Shown in pieces: positions 12,437 through 25,030 of a stretch of 64,000 bases of DNA (positions are counted from its first letter, which is position 1; every line of letters begins with the position of its first letter). Source of the DNA: Orbicella franksi. Its lineage: Eukaryota. Where the stretch lies: the NCBI GenBank assembly GCA_964199315.1, contig OZ116700.1, forward strand, positions 10,912,001-10,976,000, in the 5' to 3' direction. The notes under the pieces are model-generated. The model made no database searches. It was given only the letters and a program-made list of their open reading frames with translations, and was not told the origin of the DNA. The position numbers were made by a program, and so were the translations under genes.

Positions 12437-15400
12437 AAAACAATAGACTAAATCAAAACTAGCCAGAACATTTTATCTAAAACGTTTTACAAGAAATAGA
12501 TTTCCAAAACAGGGCAAAACATTTCAAAACAGACCCAGCTTGGTTCACATTGTAATGGATTAGATTTTTTGTTATATTTTCCAAAGTGTTGTTGACCTCG
12601 ATTCATTGTAAGCGGAATAGCTTAAGCAATGTTAGTCGTCTTGGCTAAATAAACCCGAGATAAAGCAATTTTGTACAATTATTTTTAAACCCCAAAAAGG
12701 GTGTATTCCGGACACAAGGTGTTAATACGTTTGTCCATAGTAGTTATTGAGTGTGTATACATAGAGTTGACAAATTAAAACCAAACCACGCGTAAATTGA
12801 CTTTGGCTTTATACATAGCTAATGATTTTGGGTACAAAGATTTCCGTGCCCGTCTGGTGGATATATATTTCTCATCTTGTTTTAAATGCACGGTCGAATG
12901 ATGGAGTTTCGTGGTTTACAGCCGCACCCTAACTAACCCGCAACCACACCTTTTCATATTTAGTAACTGTGATGAAAATACCGCGACTAAGTTGCTTCTA
13001 GTTCTTATTCCAAATAGAATTTAAGAATTTTTATGCCGACAGAAGCATAAATAGAAACGGCAGCCATTTTAAAATGTAGAGAACATTTCTACAGCAACGA
13101 TTTTTAACAGATGCGAGTTTTAAGTAGATCGACGCTCGCTTTGTAGCTTTAATGTTGATTGTTGCTTTTTAAACACGAGAACGTTTTACTTATTTTAAAC
13201 TTGAAGAAAAAATATTTTGCGTTTGATGCAGCAGGGCTGGTAGTATACAAACTGACAACTTTGATAAAATCTGTGAGTTCGTTCGATTATCCTAACCTTG
13301 ATAAAAAAGCAAAACGTTCAAAGAGCCTTGATTTATTCATTGTAGTTCTAAGCCTCATGTAACTTTTGTGCATACCCCTTACTTATTTCCATTCTTTCTT
13401 GTGGTTCATAGTCGGCATATCACAATTCTGAATTGAATTCTCTACATTTGTTTTGTTTTTAATGTATTGACATTAGATATCGATAATTTTGCTCCATTTT
13501 ATCCTTGTACACACTCACTCAATGTTTATGCGTTATGTGTATCTTTGCGTTGCTTGAATCGTGTTTGGATACATTTTGAGCTGTTGCTCACACTAGACTC
13601 CAGAGATAGTTCATGGTATATTGCAATACCGTGCCAGGATTAATTGATGTTTAGTATTTAGTCATTTATCAGTGTTCCCCATGCATACCGCATGTTTTCG
13701 ACTTGGTTATGATCCCCCAGGACTCGTTCCGACAACGGGGAAGAATAGTATCTAACGAACTGGTGTGCATGGGTCGCTATTTAAGTTCAGACAACAAATA
13801 TATAATAACAACATGGCGCTAATATTTTAAGGTTGAGTCGGACGTGATTCAAGCATCAGTTATAACCAGTAAATTTTCTTCGATTTTCCATTTTTGACTC
13901 AAGGGTAACTTGCATGATATTTAATTTCAACTGAACAGAGCATAGAAGGTTACTGAGACATAATGACTTTCCAGGGAACTCAAATGAGATCTTATCATGC
14001 TACGGTTAAGCAACATTTTGGGAAAATCAAAAGCAGCGAATTCCTGTGAAATGTTGCATTGTAACATTCCTTGAGCAAAAAGCTTCCTTTTGTTTAGTCG
14101 GAGTTTATTTAAAATACATCGAAAGAATGTGTACTGCATTTATCTCAAGTATGTGAAGCCGCCATCACAATAGGTCTTAAGTGACCTTGTGGCTGGAATT
14201 CGTTTTCATTCCAACAAAGTCAGTGTTTTCCAGAAACATTTCTTAAGCGCTGAAAAAAATAGACACTGCGATTGTCCATATCATCTTACTGACCCAAAAG
14301 TTAGCAGAATCTAGGATTGTTACCTCGAGAAATTTTAAAGAGAACCTTGCATGAATTTTAATCCGGCACTCGTTTGAGTTGACTTGATGACAGCTGCTTA
14401 ATCGTAGATTCCAATTTAGCTGCTTGTTAACGATTAAAATTAGAAAATGTCTGCTAGCGGGCCATTTTAGACATAACTTTGTGGCTGAATCAATCTTTGA
14501 TTTTATCAGCGATCCAGTGAAAATCAGTGAAAATCTCAAAACACTTTGATAAAAGTGCACTGAAACGAAACACCATTATGTCCGCAGTGATCTATCGCCC
14601 TTTTATGATAAAAAGGAACATTTTTGATAGCGATGCAATTTTTTCTTTCTTTTAATGAATTATCTTGTCGAAATAAGTGGAGTGCTGTTAGGTTGTCTCC
14701 AAAATTTATTAATGGCCGTCGATCGATCACACGAAACCATGAAAATCAAGCATTACCATAGATTTTCTTCATGTAAGAAATTTACTGTGGCGATAAACGA
14801 GAACAAAAACTCTTGACTCACATATACACATTTTGTAAAATTTTTCTGTCATTGTTGATTGATCTTTCCCGAATAAAAAAGCTAGCTCATTCGGTAAAGA
14901 TTACGTTTTCGAACTTGTTTTACCTTTTTTTTGCATAAATTCGTCGAAACGTTCTTAAGTCTTGCTTTCATTTTTATCGTTTACTTGAAGTTAGGTGGCA
15001 TTTCTAAAAGGGGTTGCCTTTTTTGATTTAAGGTTTCGTTCACATGGAAATCATTAGGTAAGAGAATTAAAGCTAAAAGCATTTAAATGAAATTAAATTA
15101 TTGTACTGTGCCTTGCTCAACATTCAAGGTGAAGAAGACTCATGTCTATAGCTTTAAAAGCTAGTTTATCTTTCTTGAAGAGCAAGGGATAATTTATTGA
15201 TGTGAAAACCAGTTTAAGACATTCCCCGCGCTGCCGTTTACGATAAGTTTTATTGTTTCTGGTAAAACTTAACATGAAATTAATATAACAGACTATGTAA
15301 CAGTAATGTTTATCCCCTTCTTTTGTTTGGAGTGAAATCTGGTCTATAGCAAGGAAAATGTGCAAGCGCCGCTTAAATTCGTTTGGTTGATTTGCAGTGA

Positions 15401-17562
15401 TTATTTGCAAAATGTACGCCAAGACAATTTCACAACTGTTCAATTTTTCAACCATTTATTTGTCTTTTTAGCGGCAGTTGGTTGACAGACAACATAAACG
15501 GAAGATGGTAGGAGGGGTGTTAAAATATTGGCGAGCCGTTTGATCAGCGCATATTGCACAAAAGCCAATCGCAGCATGTCAATTGTTTGCGATTCGCAGC
15601 TGGTACTTAAAATCAGACACCGGGGGTATTCTAGACATAACAATTCTCCAAATTAACATTTAGCCTCTCTGAACGACGACAATTCCTGATGAAAATGCGC
15701 GTGGGTCTCATCTGAAGAAATAAAACGAACGCTTGCTTCCCGTGGTTGTATAGAGTTTAAACTTAAGAGTATATGGCACTTAGACATTGCTGTCTCAACC
15801 TTGCAATACGAATAAATCGAGCTGATTCTGTGATTTAATAAGTCTTTGCGTGTTGCTGAATATAGGAAATTTCAACTCAGTGGCGTACTGCGCTAAGATT
15901 AATTTTTAATCTCAAACAAGTGGCCGTGGCAGCTCACTCTAATTTATGCTCCTAAATTACAAGAAAAACGAAAGATGTTATTGTTCTTTCAATGTCAGGA
16001 TTAAATACTTTTTGATAATCTGGAGCATGACGGAGGGAAAAAAGGTCTAGGAATATTAGGGACATATCCAGTAGTTTGTGTCCCTTCGAATTAAACTGAA
16101 AATAAATGTTTTGGTAAAATTGTAAAATTCAAACTAGTTCGGGCTTTGAAAATGTTGAACGAGAATACATCTATGTATTAGTACGAAGTGTAGTTTACAG
16201 AGTGTAATTGAATGATTGCGAAACGCAGAAAATTCGCTATGGTTTCGTGTCTGTTTTATTTTGCCAAACAGAATGGAGTTATCAGAATTCAGCATTTCTA
16301 ATATTCCAATAGATAACAATAATTTGGATGATGGCTTCGGAGATTACTGCAGCATCGAGTTCTTTTAACATGCGTTTAAAAATCCCAGTCCGCGCAAAAC
16401 ACAAAATCTCGTAAATGACTGAATCTAAGTACCCAGGCCGCAGATTTCTATCCAACAAGTCAGATTCCTGTTTATGGAACTTCACGTTAACGACTGCCGA
16501 CCCGACCTAAGTTTTGACGCTTTCGTTCTAACAGTTTCAGTCTCGTTAATATAAAACCTCCTGTAAACCATAAATATGATATACGATAAACTGAAAAATG
16601 CCACGTTCTTGTCGACGCAATACGAAGGGCACCATATTCGATTGCAGTGCTGTGTATTCGCAGATCCAACAACTTTCGTTGAACATTAAGATTATGGTTA
16701 CAAGTGAAAGACTCTATATCTAAAAATGAACCTGCACCTTCCACAGGAAACCAAAATTACTGGATAACGCTATCGTTCATAAAGTTGTATGAAAAATACA
16801 GCGATGTCTCCCAAATTAAAAGGGAAGCTGAGAAGTGACACATGAAGCACTTTTTGTTGTATGAAAGCAGAACTGTTCTAATAATATTTATGCTTTATAA
16901 ACTACTATAGTGCGCTGCCAAATGTTTGTTTAAAATTGTGGTTTGCTCGACAAACAAAGAGCTCATTACAATTTCAAGACGATTTTTTGCCTTCGGGATT
17001 TAACAGCAGGTGCGCTGGCAAAAATAGATTATAGACCCTACCTGTAGGAAGAAAGTATTTTTAAAATTACAACCCGGGGGATAATTTGTGATAAAAGTGT
17101 ATCTGGCAGTACGAAGACGCTTTGAAAAACACAACAAGAACTTTGAAATGAACTAAATTAATGGTTATCTTAAAATGAAACAGGACTGTTTTGTCTGCAG
17201 CTGACTCCCAGAAAACAGAATAGAAGTAAGAGTTTAATGCACATTAAACAGGAAAAAGCTATATTTAGCGACAGAATATAACTTTGCCAAAGCTCAACAC
17301 ATAAAACCCTACTAAGGTTGGAACCTTTTTGTCTGGGCTCTGATGATACATCTCTGATCAAATAAGTAGGAAACTACAATTGAAAACAGAAGCTGTACTT
17401 TACCAGCTTGCTTGGCCACCTATGTCAACTTTAAGTTGTTTGGATTTGTACTACTTCATTCTGCTTTTTCTTCCGCAGTTCGAGCCAAATTGGATACAGT
17501 CTCTGGATCTTGGAAAAAGGAAATCGTTTAACCACCTTAGTTGTCACTAAGTTTAACGTGTC

Positions 17563-18629
17563 TAACGCAAAATCCCACGTTTAAGACCCCCCGTTTATAA
17601 TCCTCCCGGATATACGCCCTTCTATTTGCTAACAAAGATATTACTCCGGATATAAGTCCCCCGCCCGCCCCCCCCCCCGCCCCCGGATATAAGCCCATCT
17701 AATGTATAAGTGCGTTCCTTCAGTTTTGCGTTTCTTTACAAACATCAAAATGTTTATTCGAAAGTTATAAGGCTAATAGGGTAATAGGGTAATAGCTCTA
17801 AGACTCTGTTTACAAGCAGGTAGGGTAACCCTAGTGCTAGGGTTACCCTAGCAGGCGGGTGAAAGATAGCCCGGGTTTGCAAGCAAAATTGCACAGGTAG
17901 GGTTACCCTACCACCCGGGACAACGAAATATGCTTGGCAACCGCACGCATTGCAAACAAAATGGCCGACAAGGGAAGGGTTGTGGCAGTTACTTCGATTC
18001 TGCTGTCGTTGCTGCCAGTGGTAGCTGCTTATCAGTGCCATGGAGTTTTGCTGTGTTACTTCCTCAGTTCTAGAAAGCGACAGCAAGTTGCCAGGTCAAA
18101 GGCGGCTATGGAATACAATAAAGCACTCGCCCGAATGCGACATGTAAAAAGGAGAATTATTCAACGAAGACGATTTCAAAGAAAACCAAGTCGTACGGAT
18201 CAATGGTGGAGAAACTTATTTGAGGGCAGGATGGAGGAAAGCGAATGGAAAAAAAATTTCAAAGGGTCTGCAAACAAGTAAAAAGTTGTCCCGGGTAAGC
18301 GAGTTATCCCTAGCAGAGCGTTCACAAAGCAGCTAGGGTTACCCTGGCGCTAGGGTAACCCTAGCGCTCAGCTAGGGTAGCCCTCCTGTTAGGGTAACCC
18401 CAGCACTAGGATTACCCTACCTGCTTGTAAACAGGCCCTAAATGTAATGGTATATTACTTTTAATTCGTTTCTCAGATACGTTTCATCTCGTCGTTCCGA
18501 AACATTTTTTTTGCTCCGCTTTTATGCCCCCCCCCCCCCCCCCAGATATAAGACCCCCGTTTATAAGCCCAGCCAAAACCCCTTATGAAGTTATACAAGC
18601 CCAGAGCTTTAACGTGGGATTTTACGGTA
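17563..18629. mobile_element. Tc1/mariner (Tc2/pogo-like) MITE hosting a nested Harbinger element
   Basis: Left end TA-acgcaaaatcccacgtttaag, right end ctttaacgtgggattttacgg-TA. Inverted termini of the TA|CCGTA type, with internal (GA)TATAAG(A/T)CCC subrepeats. Confidence 0.65.
17802..18438 (+). mobile_element. Internally deleted PIF/Harbinger element (637 bp) retaining the transposase N-terminus
   Basis: TIRs of about 45 bp (G..CTGTTTACAAGCAGGTAGGGTAA.CCTAGTGCT), TAA TSD at 17799-17801 and 18439-18441. ORF 17934-18281 ends in RRRFQRKPSRTDQWWRNL...EWKKNF, typical of the Harbinger transposase N-terminus, and is cut before the DDE domain. Confidence 0.85.
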
Positions 18630-20088
18630 TTTAAGAGACAAAAATATTTGTTTTTAAGATAAAATTAATTTAAAACTTCCTCCTAATGTTGAAAATTATC
18701 CTTTTCACGCTGCCATCTTCCGGAATAAAAAAAGCAAACAAAAAAGCGGGCTGCGTTTTTCACTCCCTGGGAAACATTGTATCTTATCTTTACATTGTAA
18801 AAGATTGTTCATATCTTTACATGTGAGGATATTGACTCGATATCTTCACGAAGTTTCCAATATTAGGTCGAAAGCCAGTAAACGGATCTCGGAGATCTTC
18901 GGCAAGACAAGTAAGCCTTCCTAAAAAGACGGAAATGTTCGGAAACGTTCGTGTGGCCTTCGGAAATCTTTGGAGAATCTTCAGAAAACTTGAAAATATG
19001 GTGAGACGAAACTGCTGCTGCAATTTCCATTATTTATTTAGAAGAAAAAATAATTTAATGATCGGTAGAAGTTACTCAGAATGTAGAAAGCCGATGCTGA
19101 GAGTTGCCAAGCAGCTTGTGAACAGCCTTAGATGACATGCTTGTCTCCACTTGAAACAACAAAAGACAGAGTGCTGGTACTTATTTTAAAGACAATCGAA
19201 TTCGAGGATGTTACCAGGAAGGAAAAATATGTCAACTGAATTCGCCTCCCGAGAGGGAATCTTTTTAAAGAAACTTTGAAAATTCAACCTTTATAAATTA
19301 AAATACATTCGAAAACGGGCGAAATACAAGTAAGACCAAGTAAAAGGGATTGAAATATTTTGTTTGACATAAACAAGCATTTCAATTAACAATAGCCAAA
19401 TGATTCATTTTCTCTGAAAGCGAAGTGTGATGTCATTGCAAAATATCGAATTAAATTTAATGTTATGGACAGCTTATATTTCATTTCTCGCTTGTCGACT
19501 TGATACATGATATGTTAGTTTTGCTTTTCATTTATATTTCCTTCAAGTGATAGAACTGTCTTATTTGAAATTGTGACACATTGAAACCAGTCAAATACCA
19601 TGGTACCTGAAAAGCGCGGTAAATATGCAATCAAATTGCGCTAAAATATGGTTTTAAAGTGCAAGTTTACGAAATATTTCCACAGAAGAACATGCAGAAA
19701 AAGAGAGAAGTTTTTGAATAGATTGCTGTTATATTAAAACTTCAATTTTCAGGGTTAGGAGAATATTAGTAACAACATTTTTGACCCAATGCCCGCCTGA
19801 GTTTAACTGTCAACAGGTGTCTCACTTGAATGCGCATGTGCAAAGCACGCTGACGTTAAAATAATACAAGCTAATTTCTTCAGTGAGTTAATTCAGAGAT
19901 ATTTTCACCGTTGAATTTTTGGAGGAGATTTCCAAAAAAGATTTGGATCATTCAAGGAGAAAAACTTTGTCTTCTTTAGGGAAGAGTGTTCTTCCGGCGG
20001 CAAAAAGCCAGCTGCCTTGGCGCGCGAGGGTTCCGCTAATAACATCAACACACCGAGTCAACGGAGCGTGGTGAGGTAAACTTCTCGA

Positions 20089-22591
20089 ATGGCAGGCTTA
20101 ACACGATGCTTAACCAGGAGGAAAAGAGTTATTCAGGACGAGAAAACAAACACTGAATTATCCAAATGTCTTACCACATGGGACTTAACATCCCTTGGAA
20201 TTGGAGCGACCTTGGGCGCGGGAATTTACGTTGTGTCGGGACAAGTGGCGGCCAGTATCGCGGGACCGGCAGTGATAATATCCTTTGCTCTGGCAGCAAT
20301 AACATCAATTCTCTCGGGTCTGTGTTACGCTGAATTCGGCGCACGTGTTCCAAAGACTACGGGATCAGCTTACGCTTACAGTTATGTGACCGTCGGTGAA
20401 ATATGGGCTTTTATCATCGGCTGGAACTTGATTCTGGAATATATGATCGGTACAGCTGCCGATGCTCGGGCGTTAAGCGCTTGTTTCGATTATGTTATTG
20501 GAAATGTGATAAGGAATTTAACACTAACTTACATCGGAGAGATAAATACACCTGGTCTTGGTACATATCCAGACGTGCTATCGTTTATCGTCACCATCAT
20601 TGTAACGGTTGTATTGGCGATTGGCGTCAAACAGTCTTCAGCATTTAGCACGGTTTTTAACATTTTAAACATTTTAGTCGTGATTTTCATTGTGGCAGCA
20701 GGGATATTTTTCGTTGATACGAGAAACTGGACGGAAGGAAAAGGATTTTTCCCGTATGGAGCTTCAGGAGTATTAAGTGGGGCAGCGACTTGCTTTTACG
20801 CGTATGTTGGTTTCGATATAATAGCTACAACGGGTGAGGAAGCTAAAAACGCTCCTAAATCGATACCTGTTGCAATTGTCGTGTCACTAGTTGTTATTTT
20901 CGTGTGTTACTTTGGAGTTTCTGCTGTGGTAACATTGATGATTCCGTACGATCAATTGGACAAGCTTTCGCCAATTCCTAACGCGTTTGTGCAGAGAGGA
21001 TTTCCTCTCGCTAAATATATCATAGGTGTGGGCGCGGTTTGTGGCCTGTCCTCGAGCCTCTTAGGCTCTCAATTTCCCCTTCCAAGGATCATTTATGCCA
21101 TGGCCTCAGACGGATTGTTCTTTAAATCATTCGCTAGCGTGAACCCTAGAACTGAGGTCCCTGTTGTTGCTACGGTGTACCCAGGACTTCTAACGGCCGT
21201 CATTGCTTTACTGTTTGACCTAAGCGAGTTAGTCGAGATGATGTCTATTGGGACATTACTTGCGTACACTTTAGTGTCCCTTTGCGTTTTGATCCTTCGC
21301 TACCAGCCCGATGTTCCCGAGGACCCCTCCTCGATGCCCCTGTTATACCTTGAGGAAGACAAAGAGGATGCCTATGGAAACCTTTCGTTGTACGATGATT
21401 ACGCACAGGACGAATGGGACTACGAGATTTCTACAAATGGAAAGATACACAGTCCAGAAGCTCTGAAAAACTGGATAGAAAATTCAGACGAAGATATATT
21501 TCGAGACGAATTTACAAAAACGAAAAGAACACACGAGGGACTACTAAAAAATAGAACGAGGCAAGGTCCCACAGCGGAAAGCTTCCGCATAGTGAATTGG
21601 GCAGTAGCCTTATTGTTTATCTCGTTCATAGGATTTTGTACAGCAATTGTTTATGGCTTGGATGCTCTGCAGAGACACAGTTACGTCATTATCATGTTCC
21701 TTGGCATTTTTGGAATCCTTAGCGTGTTCGCCATTATTGTGATCTGTCTGCAGCCTCAAAATACCAAGGAGATATCGTTCAAGGCGCCTTTTGTGCCGGC
21801 TCTGCCAATCCTTGCCATCTTTTTTAACGTGTTGCTGATGTTGAAGCTCTCTAGACTTACTTGGATCCGGTTTGGAGTGTGGATGGGCTTAGGTTTGTAC
21901 GTCATATACCCTTTACTGAATAGTCCTTCATGTGAGAGTGTAGCTTTTTCAGTATAAAAAATCGAAACATCCGGGGCCGCGGTTATTTTATGCTCAGTGA
22001 CGTTGCTAGGTAACAGGCTCTCGGCTCTTACAGGTAGAATTAACAGAAAACATAAATAGACCTTTATATGAGGTCGAGGCTGAACATTAACCACGTTGCT
22101 AAAATTACTTGGCAGTTCCTACTCAATTTTCCTTGCAGATCTCCATCCATACATATTGAATTACCAACCCTTGGATGAATTCCTTTTTACTTCCTTCATT
22201 GACGTGGTTACCTAAATGACGGATCAGTTATCCAACGATGTTTGAGCAAAAAATTAATCAGAACGCCTTATATTACGAAATAGCTATACCACACTAATCT
22301 GGAGTTGTTCAGTAGTCACCAGTAAAAAGCAGATATATATATATTTCTGGTTTCATTTCTAAACTGTTTTTCCTCCATTCCACAGGCACGTTGTTATATC
22401 TTGGTTACAGCCTCTGGAATAGCGAAGAAAGATACAGAACGCCTCAAGGACAGCTGAAATTTGACAGACAAGTTCTTCTGGCCGACAACTTCGACAGTGT
22501 GGACATTGAGTATGAAATGGAAACAATTCCGGCCCATAGAAACGACATGGACATTTTTCCACCCAGTCCGTTCAAATGGGACAGCTTATAA
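20089..22591 (+). CDS. SLC7A14: SLC7A14-like probable cationic amino acid transporter, join(20089..21892,22386..22591), 669 aa
   Basis: APC-fold CAT motifs ([32 protein letters not shown]). SLC7A14-type VPKTTGSAY, EYMIGTAA, long acidic loop after YQP, and C-terminal LWNS. Phase-1 donor at 21893 and acceptor ending at 22385 give WMGLG|TLLYLGYSLWNS. Confidence 0.85.
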
Positions 22592-24490
22592 ATATTCAAA
22601 AAGATCTCAGTATAAGGGGTATAATTTTGCTGTGTTTCGCCTCTGGCGAATCCTTTTATCCTCTTTAACACGCGACTTGAAAAAATCGATAAACAAATGT
22701 CTCGATGAATACGTTTTTTATACTTTGAGAACCGGCGCCTAAATTCGGGCGGTTGTAATATTGAAATGTAGCTGTAGACGGAAGGGGGGGAGGGGGCAGG
22801 GGGGCAGGGGGGGGAAAAGCGGGATTTCTCGGTAGTCATTTTGATTTAAATAAGACAAGAGGATGCAAAGACGAATTTCAATAGGGTATTTTCGATAGAT
22901 TGATGATAAATATGTTTGTGGAATAAAGACAATAAATTACGGGTAACTGGTAATGCGAGTCCTGTAATTGCTATTCAAAGGCAGTCATATTCAACAAAAT
23001 ATATCTGCATTTATTGGCCCTTTTGTATTTCCGATATTCGCTCTGGAGGGATGAGTTAGAAGGACTGACCAAGGAAGGAAGAAATTGGCCTCAACAGACA
23101 TCAGGAATAGGTCGAAATAGTCCTACTGTCATTTATTTTTACTTGGAATAAAACAGCTGAAGGTGTTGCCCCTTTTGTAGATGAGTCAAGCAAACGGAAC
23201 TGAACGAGTTCAACTGTTCTTGGAATGTTACCATCGAATGTTTTCGCAGGTCTTTAATAATGTTACATGTGATTCAGATAATTCGTATTTGATAAAATTA
23301 CTGCGTTGGTTATTTGAAAAATTGTCACAGCATAAAACGAAACTTTCCGAAACTATAGTTTACATAACAGTCAATAGACCTCATGCACGATAGCCGCCAT
23401 ATTTATTTTCGTAATGTTGTAAATTAGGCACGTGATTTTTGAGTGTAAATTTTAACTCCTATTAATTATGGTAAATTTTACTCAGTCATGCTATACTTAA
23501 GTATTGTAAAATAAAGCACTCTTAATTTTAGACAGTTTCGGCGCATTTATAGAAAACGATGTCTTCAAAGTTTTAAAAAAACTCAAGATATCGATTAGTT
23601 ATTCCTAGCTAACTTAAATAGTTAAAACAATATTCCATGATTTGCCTGTCAAAAGTCATTTTTGCACAAATGTTTCACTAATGAGGCTAGCCGATTGTCG
23701 TCTCCCCATTGTTTGCCCCCTGGCAAACCACGTGGCTATTTTGCATCTTAACAAGGAAAAAAATCAAAGTGCTCTATGAGCAAACCTGTAAATTTCCCGG
23801 TGCGTTACGATTGACAGGAGCTAACCTTTGCATAATATTGAATTACTCTTTTCATAAAAAAACACTAATGTTTTAAAGAGGAAATATTATAATAACAATA
23901 ACCAGAGCTTCTTTAACTGAAAATAGAGATTCTGACGGTAAACTTTCTCAAAATCTTTTCTCCTGACTTCATGCCCACAGCAGAAAGCTCAGTTATAAAC
24001 TGTTTACCAACGCTGTAAGACATTAATTGATGACAGATTAAGCCAACCTTTTCATGACTCTTTCCTAGTCTCCATCGCAGAATCTACGTCACTCTTTCGT
24101 GACGTACGCTCGAGCAACTGAGATAAACACTTTCCCCGACCAACAAATGAACCGGAAATTTTAACACACAATTAAAACGAGCTGCCTTTTAAATGTCCCC
24201 TTATCTACAAATGAACTAGAAGTTTTAACAACCATTTAATTTACGTTATTGGAACTAACAGTTCTATTTTTAGCGCAACACCCACTGTTACAGGTTGTCC
24301 TAGAGTTGTCAGACGATATATGCCTGCCATATGCTAGCACAGAGGTGAAAATACCCTATCTGGTATTATACAGCTCTCGCACTGAACGGTGATTGGTATA
24401 AGCTGACATGGAATTGAAATTTTCATAAAAAATATATAATGTTTTAAAGGGAAAAAATTACAAGGATCTTTCTTCCGAACTTCATGCCTA

Positions 24491-24696
24491 CATAATTAAC
24501 AGAAGGGAATGGTTATGAAACTCGTCAAAGTTCTTTTTTGTATGTTTTTGTTCTCTTTTTTGGCCTTGACCGAGCATAAAGCACAATACTTGTTTACTCC
24601 GTACTGAGGAACTAACCAATAGAAACGTGTTGGCTACGTAATTCATGCGTAGTGTATGAGCGCAAAACAAAAGATTGTGCACAGTCGTGGACCTTC
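24491..24696 (+). repeat. Dispersed ~205-bp repeat, copy 1
   Basis: Same-orientation similarity to 62203-62411 (shared TTTACTCCGTACTGAGGA.CTAACCAATAGAAA and AGTGTATGAGC blocks). Confidence 0.85.
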
Positions 24697-25030
24697 TTCC
24701 TACATAGATCTTGGCATCTATCTTTGTTTGCTTCCTTGATGTTTTCTCAGCCTCATAACCAGTCCCCTATATTAAATATGATGACTACAGCAGAGGGGCT
24801 GTAAGACAATGTTGATAGATATAAGTCAACCTTTCCGTTACTTCATTGTTTTGTTCAGAAAGTTATGACGCCCACACACCTTAATTCAGTTGCATTCAGA
24901 TCACTGAAGAAGAGGCAGCAGCCTCAACGTGTCTGGTTTTGTGACATTTTATCTGCGCATATTACAAAAACACTTACATACTTTATCAGGCATTATAAAA
25001 TCTTTAATCCGATTGGAGAGCCTCACTTCT

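Noticed and set aside
16260-16750. Protein-like short ORFs on both strands
   Set aside because: Frequent stops, no recognisable domain and no coherent splice model.
21893-21957. ORF-track C-terminal extensions (also 44289-44317, 51544-51554, 54355-54443, 47986-48005)
   Set aside because: These are read-through into introns past clear GT donors.
23055-23130. Hammerhead-like AGGACTGA...GAAATAGTCCT
   Set aside because: The core reads CUGACCA rather than CUGANGA and no convincing stem II or stem I register was found.
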